A stretch of 64,000 nucleotides of DNA from Alphaproteobacteria bacterium (GTDB taxonomy: Bacteria > Pseudomonadota > Alphaproteobacteria > SP197): assembly GCA_965221115.1 (NCBI GenBank), contig CBDCRU010000001.1, positions 154,983 to 218,982 of the forward strand, given 5' to 3'. Below the pieces are notes generated by a model. It was not told where the DNA came from. It worked only from the letters and a program-made list of their open reading frames with translations, and searched no databases. A program made the position numbers and the translations under genes. Shown piece after piece: positions 38,801 to 48,348 of the stretch. Position 1 is the first letter of the stretch. Every line of letters begins with the position of its first letter.

Positions 38801-40288
38801 TCAATGCCGGCGTCGCGGTGTGAGCGGAAACGAGGCAAAGCGCGTCTCGGTGTAGAACTCGCGGCTGTAGCCGCCCCCCTCGCGTCCGTGGCCGCTGCCC
38901 TTCATGCCGCCGAACGGTTGGCGCAGGTCGCGCGAGAAGCCTGAATTGATCCAGATCATCGCCGTTTCCAGGCGGTGAGCCACGTCGTGCGCAGTCTGCT
39001 GGCTCCCGGTCCAGATGTAGCCCGCCAGGCCGTAGACCGAGTCGTTGGCAAGCCGGAGCGCGTGGTCCGCATCGTCGAAGGGCATCACGGCCGCAACGGG
39101 TCCGAAGATCTCCTCCCGGCAGATGCGCGCGTCGTTCCCGACGTCCACGACCGCCGTGGGCGCAATGAAGTACCCGGTGTCGAGACCGTCCGGGCGGCCT
39201 CCGCCGAACAGGATCCGGCCTTCCTCGCGCGCGAGATCGAGATAGCCCATGACCCGGTCATACTGGCCCTTCGAGACGAGAGGCCCGAGGCGCGTTGCGG
39301 GGTCGAACGGGTCGCCGGCCTTCCATGTCGCCGCCTCCGCCTCGAAGCGTTCGAGGAATTCATCGTAGATCGGCCGCTCTGCCAGGATGCGCGAGCCCGC
39401 GACGCAGGACTGGCCCGACGTGCCGAAGATGGCGGCGGCGGCCTCGGGAACCGCGCGCTCGAGGTCGGCGTCGGCGAAGATGATGTTGGCCGACTTGCCG
39501 CCGAGTTCGAAGGACGTGCGCTTGAGAGACGACGCCACGCGTTGCGAGATGTCACGCGCGGTGGCGGGGGAGCCCGTGAACGAGACTCCGCAGACGTCCG
39601 GATGTTCCACCAGGGGAGCGCCCGCTTCGGCGCCGAAGCCGTGCACGACGTTGTAGACGCCTGCGGGAAGACCGGCCTCCTCGAAGATCTCGCACAGGAT
39701 GGGCATCGAGAGCGGCGCCAGTTCGGAGGGCTTGTGGACCGCCGAGTTGCCGTAGGCGAGGCACGGCGCCATCTTCCAGGTCGAGAGCATGAAGGGCCCG
39801 TTCCACGGCGTGATGAGCGCGTAGACGCCAACCGGGTCGAGCATGGTGTAGGTCACCAGCGTGTCGTCCCGATTGAACGACTGGTTGCCGACGAGTTCCT
39901 GCTCTTGTGCGAAGAAACGGAAGTTCTGGGCGGACCGTGCCACGTGGAAGTCGGGACCCTCCGAGGGCGGCCCCACCGGTTCGCCCATCTCGGCCGTCTG
40001 GACTGTCACGATCTCGTCGGAGCGTCTCTCGATCAGATCGGCCACCCGGAACAGTACTTCGCGCCGGAACGACGGCCTGCCTCGGGACCACGCTCCGTCC
40101 TCGAAGGACTCTCGCGCTGCGCGCACGGCACGTTCGACATCCCTGGCATCGCCACGGGCCGCCCGGGCCGTGACCGCTTCCGTGGCCGGATTGACGACAT
40201 CGAGCGTCGCGCCTGACTCGGAATCCTCGAAACGGCCACCGACGTAATGGCGCGCTGGCCGAATGGACGTGGGCGCGACTATGGGCAT
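38801..40288 (-). CDS. aldehyde dehydrogenase (hydroxymuconic semialdehyde dehydrogenase-like)
   Basis: NFRFFA, ITPWN, FELGGKS, GQSCVAGSR, EEIFGP and RDLRQPFGGMK motifs. Confidence 0.88.
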   Translation of the reverse strand: MPIVAPTSIRPARHYVGGRFEDSESGATLDVVNPATEAVTARAARGDARDVERAVRAARESFEDGAWSRGRPSFRREVLFRVADLIERRSDEIVTVQTAEMGEPVGPPSEGPDFHVARSAQNFRFFAQEQELVGNQSFNRDDTLVTYTMLDPVGVYALITPWNGPFMLSTWKMAPCLAYGNSAVHKPSELAPLSMPILCEIFEEAGLPAGVYNVVHGFGAEAGAPLVEHPDVCGVSFTGSPATARDISQRVASSLKRTSFELGGKSANIIFADADLERAVPEAAAAIFGTSGQSCVAGSRILAERPIYDEFLERFEAEAATWKAGDPFDPATRLGPLVSKGQYDRVMGYLDLAREEGRILFGGGRPDGLDTGYFIAPTAVVDVGNDARICREEIFGPVAAVMPFDDADHALRLANDSVYGLAGYIWTGSQQTAHDVAHRLETAMIWINSGFSRDLRQPFGGMKGSGHGREGGGYSREFYTETRFASFPLTPRRRH

Positions 40289-40427
40289 GATGGGAGACTC
40301 CGTGGCGGCGCGTTCGCGACAGGGATGGACACTGACTTATCAGGGATGAAGCAACGGCGTCCATGACAAACAGGCCCCGGGCCGTCATGGCCGGTGTCAG
40401 ACGCGGCGGCGTGGCGTGGAGGTACAC

Positions 40428-41303
40428 ATGGTTCAGGTGACGGAACTCGGTTATCTCGGTCTGGGCGTCAGCGACCTCGATGCCTGGACACACATGGCGA
40501 CAGAGGTTGTGGGCCTGGAGCTGGTCGAGGGCGAAACTGCCGGGACCTGCTACCTGCGCATGGACTACTGGCACCACCGCATCCGCCTGATCGCCGACGG
40601 CAGCGACGACCTCGCCTATCTCGGGCTGCGCGTTGCGGGCCGTGCCGAGTTCGAGGCCATGGGCGCAAGGCTCGAGGAAGCAGGCCTTGCCGTCCGTGTC
40701 GGTTCGTCCGAGGAAGCGGCCGAACGCCGCGTTCAGGCCGTCATGAAGCTCGAGGATCCCTCGGGCGTGCCGGTCGAGATCTTCCACGGCCCCGAGGTCC
40801 ACCGTCACCGGCCGTTCCATCCGGGCAGGCCCATGCACGGCCGTTTCAGGACCGGCGCGGCAGGCCTGGGCCACTGCGTGCTGCACCAGGGCGATGTCGA
40901 GGCCGCGTGGCGGTTCTACACGTTGCTCGGCATGCGTGGCGGGGCGGAGTATCCCTCGAAAACCGGCTTCTTCGATGGTGCGCCCACCTTCATGCACTGC
41001 AACGAGCGCGATCACAGCATCGCCTTCGGCATGGGCAGCCGGGACAAGCGCGTCAATCACATCATGGTGGAGTCCGACAACATGGACGATGTCGGCCTGA
41101 CCTACGAGCTGGTGCGCGCAAACGGCATCCCGGTCGAGCTGCAGCCCGGCCGTCACGCCAACGACGAGATGTACTCCTTCTACTTCCGCAATCCTTCAGG
41201 CTGGATGATCGAATACGGTTGGGGCGCCCGGCCGGCGTCGCATCAGTCCGAGTACTATCCCCGGGACATTCCCGATCATGCTCCTGAAGCAGGAGGCTTC
41301 TGA
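40428..41303 (+). CDS. extradiol ring-cleavage dioxygenase (NahC/BphC type, VOC fold)
   Basis: ELGYLG, RMDYWHHRI, PFHPGRPMHG.F.TG..GLGHC, FMHCNERDHSIAFG, NHIMVE, HAND and PSGWMIEYGW motifs. Confidence 0.92.
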   Translation: MVQVTELGYLGLGVSDLDAWTHMATEVVGLELVEGETAGTCYLRMDYWHHRIRLIADGSDDLAYLGLRVAGRAEFEAMGARLEEAGLAVRVGSSEEAAERRVQAVMKLEDPSGVPVEIFHGPEVHRHRPFHPGRPMHGRFRTGAAGLGHCVLHQGDVEAAWRFYTLLGMRGGAEYPSKTGFFDGAPTFMHCNERDHSIAFGMGSRDKRVNHIMVESDNMDDVGLTYELVRANGIPVELQPGRHANDEMYSFYFRNPSGWMIEYGWGARPASHQSEYYPRDIPDHAPEAGGF

Positions 41304-41968
41304 CACCGGGCGGCCACGACGCGGTCCGCATCCTGGTTCGCCGGTCCTTCGACCACACGTGGCCGCGTCGGCCTTCAAGCGCGCCAGACCCGGGGCGAAT
41401 CAGAGTTTGCAAGCCTGAGGAGGGACCGCAGAGACGGTCGTCGCCTACATCGACGTTACGCCAACCGCCTTCGGCGCCTCAAGGTGCCGAGCCAGGCTGG
41501 CGTCGATCATCCGGACCTGGTTGGCGAACGAGAATCCCGATTGGCAGGGTGGTCCTTCTGCGGGTCTCCTGCAAGGTTGAGATGTGATCGCAAGCGAGGC
41601 GCTGTCTCGCTGCTCATCCACGGTTCTTCGGCGCGAGCATCAGCGAGCCTGTGCACGTCGACGGAGATCCAGGCAGCAGATGCGGGCAATGAGAGGACGA
41701 TGCGTTTGACACGCTACGACTGCGTCACGATCGGCACGGTGTTGATCGAGCGGCGCTCATCGTCGCGATCATCGAGTTCGCCGACGTCAACGAGCGTTTG
41801 CAGAGCTAATGACAGAGACCTGGTCGATTCCGCTCAATGTCCTTGATGTTCGGGGTGTGTGTGCCCCCAATTGACTTGCAGGAAGTCGCCTGGGGGCCTG
41901 TCTCGGTAATGGCGAGATCACCAGAGACCGGACAATGTCACACACCCCCTTTCCCGGTTCCATTCTCC

Positions 41969-42006
41969 GTAAGAGGCGCAAGGGTAGGTAAGAGGCGCAA
42001 GGGTAG
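41969..42006. repeat. perfect 19-bp tandem duplication (GTAAGAGGCGCAAGGGTAG x2)
   Basis: Copies at 41969-41987 and 41988-42006. Confidence 0.9.
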
Positions 42007-42122
42007 GGTCCTGTGGGAGATCGACCTGGCGGAGGCCGGTCGCTGTGCCGTGCGGCGGGGTGCAGGCATTGAGGTCTTCGCCTTCACAGTGCGACCGTCA
42101 GGCCCCTGAGCGCCTGGTTGTG

Positions 42123-43259
42123 CTATTCGGACTCATGCTCCTCCATCTGCTCGTCGTAGGACTTCTGCAGACGGAGCGCGGCGACGTAGAGCACCGACGG
42201 AACAGTGACACGATAGGCAGGGCCTGCCAGGTCGTACGCCGTCCACGCCGCCGTCAACGCCCAGCCGACCGGCCCGATGGCGACCGACAACGTGCGGGTC
42301 AGGACTATGTTGGCGCCGAAAGACAGACCTCGGCCGACGCTTTGTTTGAGGATTCCGTTCACGATGATCAGAGCCCACTTGTAGGCCGCGAAACCACTGG
42401 CTCGCAGCAGCACCTGTGCCGCGGCTACCGCCGCATTGGACGTCAGGTTCATTGCGTTCTTTCCGCCCAGGGCCTTGAGAACGTCAGCCCTCTGGTCTGC
42501 ATCGAGCTTTTCGAACGAATCCTCCAGTGCCTTCTGCAGGAGGTTCATTTCGATGCCCTGGATGCTCGATCCCTTGTTGTAGTTGACCTTCAGCCGGTCG
42601 CATACGTCGTGGAGGATCTCCCTGTAGATCGTACCCTCACCCCTGTATATGTTCGAGAACGTATTGCCTCCGAAAGTCTGGATTTCAGTGGCGATTTCCT
42701 TCCAGTACCTGTTGTGGTCGGGATGGTGGCGTTCGTAGCCTTCCGTCTTCGTGAGTCCTTCGTTCCTGTCCGCGGTCAGTAGCGCGACGAGGCCCTCCAG
42801 TTGTTCGCTCGGAACATCCTCGAGAAAATCCAGGCCCTCGTCCGGTCTGTACTTGTAGGTCATCTTGATTGGTCCTTTCGGTTTGGTGCGAATCATTGCC
42901 GCGACCGTCGCGGTCAACGTTTCGCCTCTGAGAAACACGCCTCGTGGCGCGTCAACATTGCCTGCCGTGGAATTCGCCCGATCACGACTGCTGTGAACCT
43001 CGACGTCCTCCTGTCGAAGCAGTGCTCGAACAAGGTCGTCCGCTTCCGACGTCAGTTCGCCCACGGGCGTTCCGAGCTTCTCCGCGGCCTTGGCCAGCTG
43101 GTCGATGCTGAGTGCCGACAGGCCCGCCTCGATGCGCGACCAGGTGGAGTTGCTCACCCCCACATGCCGCGCCAGTTCCTCCTGGTCCATCCGTCTTTGC
43201 CGCCGCTTCATGGCGATCAGCCGCCCGAGCACTGTCTGGTAGGTGGTCTCTGGTTTCAT
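42123..43259 (-). CDS. XRE-HTH domain fused in frame to a YaaW/DUF3944-family domain
   Basis: N-terminal QEELARHVGVSNSTWSRIEAG HTH; from ATG 42863, MTYKYRPDEGLDFLE..., EIQTFGGNT, YREILHDVC and GPAYRVTVPSVLYVAALR (YaaW-like). Confidence 0.82.
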   Translation of the reverse strand: MKPETTYQTVLGRLIAMKRRQRRMDQEELARHVGVSNSTWSRIEAGLSALSIDQLAKAAEKLGTPVGELTSEADDLVRALLRQEDVEVHSSRDRANSTAGNVDAPRGVFLRGETLTATVAAMIRTKPKGPIKMTYKYRPDEGLDFLEDVPSEQLEGLVALLTADRNEGLTKTEGYERHHPDHNRYWKEIATEIQTFGGNTFSNIYRGEGTIYREILHDVCDRLKVNYNKGSSIQGIEMNLLQKALEDSFEKLDADQRADVLKALGGKNAMNLTSNAAVAAAQVLLRASGFAAYKWALIIVNGILKQSVGRGLSFGANIVLTRTLSVAIGPVGWALTAAWTAYDLAGPAYRVTVPSVLYVAALRLQKSYDEQMEEHESE

Positions 43260-43301
43260 GAGTGAACCCTCGACAGAAGAGGTCGTAGCTGATATGGGCA
43301 A

Positions 43302-43344
43302 TTGCACATGATGCAAATATAGTGATTGTGTTGGGGCGTTGCAA
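43302..43344 (-). promoter_or_regulatory. sigma70-like promoter (TTGCAA-N17-TATATT) with adjoining dyad TTGCA-N5-TGCAA
   Basis: -35 at 43344-43339, -10 at 43321-43316, dyad at 43302-43316. Confidence 0.6.
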
Positions 43345-43426
43345 GTGCTTTCGCTTCGAGGTCACCCACATCTGGAGGAAGTAGCTCTCAACACCGCCGC
43401 CAACCGGGCCGGATGAACTGGGAGTG

Positions 43427-43964
43427 CGACAGTTGATCGGCGAGACTCCAGCCGGTCGCCATGGCACCGGGCCGGCAGACACGTGAAGACTACGAGTATC
43501 GGCGCTGCGGCACCTGCAATGTCTTCATGGCTACGGAACCCCTGGCCGGCAAGCGCATGACCGAGCGCAAGACCAGGATCGACCCGGCGCGGTTCCTGGC
43601 CGACATCGCCGGGCGCTACCAGGACGCCACCACCATCACCTTGGTGATGGACAATCTCAACACCCATCGACCCGGCTCCCTCTACGAGGCCTGCCCGCCG
43701 AACGAGGCCAAGGCCTTGTGGGACCGCTTCGAGTTCGTCTACATCCCCATGCACGGCAGTTGGCTGAACGTCGCCGAGGTCGAACTCAACGTCATGATCC
43801 GCCAGTGCCTGAACCGCCGCATCGACTGCATCGAGGTGCTACGCCGGGAGGTCGCCGCCTGGCAGGCCTCCCGCGACCGCATCCAGGCCAGGGTGTACTG
43901 GCAGTTCACCACCGACGATGCTCGCGTGAAACTCAAACGTCTCTATCCGACATTTGACGAATGA
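43427..43964 (+). mobile_element. IS630-family transposase remnant (C-terminal part, degenerate)
   Basis: DYEYRRCGT, LVMDNLNTH, HGSWLNVAEVE and WQFTTDDARVKLKRLYP; upstream RQLIGET is out of frame; HTH and first catalytic Asp are missing. Confidence 0.88.
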
Positions 43965-44023
43965 CAGGACAGTGGTGGCGTAGAGGAGCCAGGCTGCTCG
44001 ACGCAGCGGTATCAGGCAGACTA

Positions 44024-45640
44024 TCACTCCGCTGCTTCGGCCAACTGTTGCAGTATCCGTCCGGTCTGCCTCACCGTGTCTTCGCTTGAGGGAAGCGATA
44101 TGCGCTTCCTCACTCCGGCCTGTTCCTCCACAAGCGGTTTCAGAATGCGGCGGGCGTAGGCGTTCCGATCATCGGATGCATACAGATTCCTCAGAACGAC
44201 GGGCAAGTCCAAGCTCTGCAAGCCTTCAAGGACAGCGCGTGCCTCCTCCTCGTTCAACAAGTAATCGACGCATTGCTTCCCGAAGACAGTTTCCATGATC
44301 TCCAGCATCTGCTTGGCGTCGTCTTCGATAAACTCGTCCAGAACGATTGTCGTGGCCTTCGATGCTGCGGCGCCGCCCGCAAACGCGCCCGACAGACCAC
44401 CAATCAAGGCTCCAACTTTAGCTCCAATAACCGTTCCAACACCGGGAACAAACAATGTTCCAATGGCGGCACCTGCGGCCGCGCCACCGGCCGTGCCTGC
44501 CATCCATCCGCCGGTGCCGCCAGCGACACCCGAAGCAGTGGTGGCAACATTCTTGAAGAGTTGGGCGCCCGACATTCTCCCCTGGAACATGCGGACGAAA
44601 TCAACTGAGGATAGAACGGTTGTTGTAGCAATTCCCGTGACGATGTTTCCCCGAAGAAGCTTGCTGACATGGTTCATCGCCGCGGCTCCATAGATCGAAC
44701 TCGAACCGCTCGATCGCAGGGCATTCGCCAGCAACGAAGCCGCTTTCGGCCCCATCTGTCTGACGACCCAATCGGTGGAACTTCTCAGCGCCTGTTCAAT
44801 CCCGGTTCTGCCGAACTGAGCCGCTACGATACTGCCAATCCAGGCGACCCCTCCTACCTTGATCCCGGTCTCGCATGCCTGCGTCAACGCCGCTTCAGGA
44901 TCCTCACCATTCCAGATCGAAATCGCAAAGGACAGCGCAGCGGAGATACCCATTGCATGCGCAGAAAGCCTTACGCCGTTGGCCGCATCGTATGTCAGGC
45001 TCTCAACAGTACCGAAGCGTGCGATGTTCTTTGCCTGAGTATAGGTGAAATGTCCCTTGCGAACGATCTCCCTGGCCTGCGCCGGATCTGAAACGCCCTT
45101 CACCTGGCCCTTCCGGATGCGACTTTCCATCGCCTTGACGGCCCCCTCGTACATGTCGCTGGGGACCTCGATCTGCATGAGGGAACCATCGCGACCCAAG
45201 TATCTAAACTTGCCGCGCTCGAAGCACTCCTCCACACATTTCGCGCCGCTACGACAGTACTTGCTCTGAATCTTTACGCCATCTACAAGACGGTCCGGAC
45301 CGGCCCTTGCGTTGTCGCCTCCCACAATCCGGGCTTCCTTGCCGGAGAATGTGTCGAAGAGGTGATTTGCCTTCTCAGCGGCGAATCCATGCCCGCGTTG
45401 GGCTCCGAACATGACGTTATCGGCATAACTGGTTGCGCTGCTAGCCACGCCCGCACCGATTCCCGCGGCTTCCTCGCCCGACAAAGGAGAATCGCTCCGA
45501 AGCGACGTGCGGGAGCTTCGCTGCGTATTTTTTTGATTTTGCGGTTTAGCGTCGTCATCATCGCTGCCGTCGGCAACGGCCACAGGCCCCACTGCAGCCG
45601 CTGCAATCGCCGCGCCTACCAGCAATAGGGGCAGGGGCAT
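44024..45640 (-). CDS. YeeR-like membrane protein with glycine-zipper C-terminal region
   Basis: RGHGFAAEKANHL, DRLVDG..IQSKYC, QIEVPSD, FTYTQAKNIARFGTVESLTYD and GxxxG repeats; resembles E. coli CP4-44 YeeR from memory. Confidence 0.72.
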   Translation of the reverse strand: MPLPLLLVGAAIAAAAVGPVAVADGSDDDDAKPQNQKNTQRSSRTSLRSDSPLSGEEAAGIGAGVASSATSYADNVMFGAQRGHGFAAEKANHLFDTFSGKEARIVGGDNARAGPDRLVDGVKIQSKYCRSGAKCVEECFERGKFRYLGRDGSLMQIEVPSDMYEGAVKAMESRIRKGQVKGVSDPAQAREIVRKGHFTYTQAKNIARFGTVESLTYDAANGVRLSAHAMGISAALSFAISIWNGEDPEAALTQACETGIKVGGVAWIGSIVAAQFGRTGIEQALRSSTDWVVRQMGPKAASLLANALRSSGSSSIYGAAAMNHVSKLLRGNIVTGIATTTVLSSVDFVRMFQGRMSGAQLFKNVATTASGVAGGTGGWMAGTAGGAAAGAAIGTLFVPGVGTVIGAKVGALIGGLSGAFAGGAAASKATTIVLDEFIEDDAKQMLEIMETVFGKQCVDYLLNEEEARAVLEGLQSLDLPVVLRNLYASDDRNAYARRILKPLVEEQAGVRKRISLPSSEDTVRQTGRILQQLAEAAE

Positions 45641-45643
45641 CCC

Positions 45644-46036
45644 TCAGCCCTCCATCAACTGTTGCGCTTGTTTCATCAGGGCGAGTTCGTCCTGTACCCA
45701 TTGTTCAATGGCTTCCACCGTGCCGTTCTCATGGAAGGCGAAAACGCGGGCGATCTGGTTGACAAACTCCGATTGCGTCGCGTCGAAACTCTCGTTGGCG
45801 TAGCCCATGCCGACCAGTTCCAGCAGGAAGGAGACGCGGCTCAGCCGGTCCTTGAATAGGCCCGGGAGCGCCTCTATCGGTACGTCCTCGGCCTTCACTC
45901 CGGGCTCCGTCTGATTGCGGAGCATGTCCATCGCCAACAGTTCCTCGGCGTCGATCCTCCTGTCGGTTCGCATCACCTCGTCGGCGTAATGCAACAGCAC
46001 GCCCTGTTGTCGTTCGTTCAGGTTCTGGACGAACAT
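45644..46036 (-). CDS. TerB-like small protein
   Basis: MF...L...QQ..LL..A..VM..D..ID..E and FLLEL..MGYAN..F...Q..FV..IA pattern; SD AAGGAG; 3 nt from the YeeR-like gene. Confidence 0.68.
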   Translation of the reverse strand: MFVQNLNERQQGVLLHYADEVMRTDRRIDAEELLAMDMLRNQTEPGVKAEDVPIEALPGLFKDRLSRVSFLLELVGMGYANESFDATQSEFVNQIARVFAFHENGTVEAIEQWVQDELALMKQAQQLMEG

Positions 46037-46062
46037 CGATCACTCTCCTTCGCTTTGAAACC

Positions 46063-46086
46063 GGGCGTGCAACTTGTTGCACGCCC
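46063..46086. promoter_or_regulatory. perfect 11-bp inverted repeat GGGCGTGCAAC-TT-GTTGCACGCCC (operator-like)
   Basis: Directly visible upstream of the TerB-like gene; a possible -35 TTGACT lies at 46173-46168. Confidence 0.55.
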
Positions 46087-46590
46087 TCAGGTTCGACACC
46101 ACGTGTTCCGGCCATTTCAGCCAGTATGCCCGCGGCGCGCGCAACTATTGGTAAACGCTCTTTCGCAAGTCAAGGTTGAACCTTATCCGGATCGTAACGA
46201 ACTCGAAGAAATGCCGGAAGATAGGGGCGAATGTAGGGATATATATGACTTTCTTGGTTGTTTCGTGTTTTGAACGTGTCCCCCCACAAAACCTGTGTGT
46301 CTCCAAAGCTGTTCATGAAAGGCAAATCCAACAGCGGTCACAGGGACATCGAGATCGGGGTTCGGGTTCGCGAACGTCCGGGACCGCCTTCGCCGAACGC
46401 GGACATCTTGTCGTCAGGCCCAACATCTGCAGCTTCAAGGCCCGACCCTTGTTGGTCTGCAACTCTGCTTGCGGACCGATCGGCAATCTGCCGCGCTTCG
46501 CGGCGCCTCAGACTGAAGGTTCCGGCTGGCCCTCGCGAGGCTCTGTGTCACCCTTGCGTATCGCTGTCGGCGGACGATCGAGGCATCCCG

Positions 46591-47430
46591 TCAGTCCCAG
46601 ACCCAGACGTCGAGACCGTTATCGAGTTCGCCCTCAGGCTCGCTCATGATGCGCGATGCGCCGATGCGGTGACCGTAGCCGAGAATGTCGCCGTGCTTGG
46701 CGTAGCCCAGAAGCCGGCGGATGGTCTTGTCGTAGCGCGCCGCGACCTCCGGCGGCACGGCGAGGTACTGGTTTACCTCCTGTCGGAGCCAGCCCAGCGC
46801 ATAGGTGTTGATGAGACCCATGCGCGGTCCGTTCGATCGGTTGGCCCCTCCACCGTGCCACAGGGAACCCATGTAGAAGAGGGCGGATCCACTGGGCATC
46901 GATGCCTGCACGACACACGAGAGGGCAGGGCCGTCGTGGTCCGTGAGGCGGTGGCTTCCAAGGGCAACACGCGTCGCGCCGTTCTCCTCGGTGAAATCGT
47001 CGATTGCCCACATCACGCCGATCTGGAATTCCATGCCCGGAATGCTGATCGGATAGATCGTGTCGTCGCGGTGGAGAACCTGGTCGCCTTCGCCGGGGAG
47101 AATCTCGATTCCTGTGGCGCTGCCGATTCGGTAGGCAAAGCAATGCGGAAGAAGGACAGCATCAGCTACTTCCAGCACAAGTGGATGGCCTACCATCCTG
47201 GCCGCCGCAGGCGCGTAGCCCAGCACGCTTGAGATGCGCAAGGTGCGATAGCCGTTGAAATCGCTCTCCTGCTGGCGCCCGCGTTGGTCGAATTCGGAAC
47301 GCATTTCCGCCGCGCAAAGGTCCACGGCATCTTCGTCGAGAAGGTCGGTCACGACCGCCGCACCGGCGGTGCGCAGGGCGGCCACGACAGCAGACGCCGG
47401 CGTCGCCGCGTCAAAGACTGGAAGCTCCAT
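46591..47430 (-). CDS. PhyH-family Fe(II)/2-oxoglutarate dioxygenase
   Basis: QVLHRDD, DFTEENGAT...GSH, WHGGGAN and GWLRQE motifs. Confidence 0.9.
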   Translation of the reverse strand: MELPVFDAATPASAVVAALRTAGAAVVTDLLDEDAVDLCAAEMRSEFDQRGRQQESDFNGYRTLRISSVLGYAPAAARMVGHPLVLEVADAVLLPHCFAYRIGSATGIEILPGEGDQVLHRDDTIYPISIPGMEFQIGVMWAIDDFTEENGATRVALGSHRLTDHDGPALSCVVQASMPSGSALFYMGSLWHGGGANRSNGPRMGLINTYALGWLRQEVNQYLAVPPEVAARYDKTIRRLLGYAKHGDILGYGHRIGASRIMSEPEGELDNGLDVWVWD

Positions 47431-47606
47431 CACCATCAAGGGGTCCTCCGGCAGTCACATTCCGGTCGCGGCGCGATCCTCGGATCATGCGAATGATAGG
47501 GCAGATCGAAGCTCTTGAACCAGCAGGAAGTGCCTCTCGAACAAAGGACGGAGTGGTCCCGTCTCCGGTATGTCATGCCGCCACCGCCTGTGCCATGATC
47601 GAGATC

Positions 47607-48332
47607 ATGAGCGACCGTCCAGTCTGTGCCATTGTTGGAGCCGGTGAGGGCCTTGGCCGCTCGCTTGCGGCGCGGTTCGCCGCCGGCGGCTGTGACATCG
47701 CTCTGGTGTCGCGGACACGCTCAGGCAGCGCGGTGGCCCTCGAGCATGCACGGGCCGCCAACGGTACCATGGACGTGCGGTTCTTTGCCGCAGACGCCAC
47801 CCGTCCGGTCACCGTTGAGGAGGCCATGGCGCAGGTGGCAGAGGAGATGGGCGCCATCGAGGTCCTCATCTACAACGCCCGGGGAGACTTCACGCGTTGC
47901 GATCCGCTGGACATGACCTACGCCCAGCTCGAGGAGGTTTTCCATGTGGAGGTGATGGGCGCCTTCGCGGCAGCCCGCTCGGTGTTGCCCGCCATGCGCA
48001 CCAGGGGGAGCGGCACCATCATGTTTTCCAGTGCCACCGCCGCCTTTCGTGGTTCCGCCACCCATCCACTCTATGCCATCGGCAAGTTCGCTCTTAGGGG
48101 CCTGGCGCAGTGCCTTGCGAAGGCCCATGCACGGGACGGCGTCCATGTCGTCCACATGAGACTCGACTGCGACCTCGACGTGCCGGTCATGCGGAACGTT
48201 TATGATGACCCGACAGGTCTGGCCGATCCCGATGGCGTGGCCGACACCTACTGGTGGGTGCATCGCCAGCCGCCTTCGGCATGGAGCAACGAAGTGGAAC
48301 TGAGGCCATTCAGCGAAACATGGACCATCTGA
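47607..48332 (+). CDS. short-chain dehydrogenase/reductase
   Basis: IVGAGEGLG, YNA, SSATA and YAIGK motifs. Confidence 0.9.
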   Translation: MSDRPVCAIVGAGEGLGRSLAARFAAGGCDIALVSRTRSGSAVALEHARAANGTMDVRFFAADATRPVTVEEAMAQVAEEMGAIEVLIYNARGDFTRCDPLDMTYAQLEEVFHVEVMGAFAAARSVLPAMRTRGSGTIMFSSATAAFRGSATHPLYAIGKFALRGLAQCLAKAHARDGVHVVHMRLDCDLDVPVMRNVYDDPTGLADPDGVADTYWWVHRQPPSAWSNEVELRPFSETWTI

Positions 48333-48348
48333 CCCGGAGGAAGACGAC

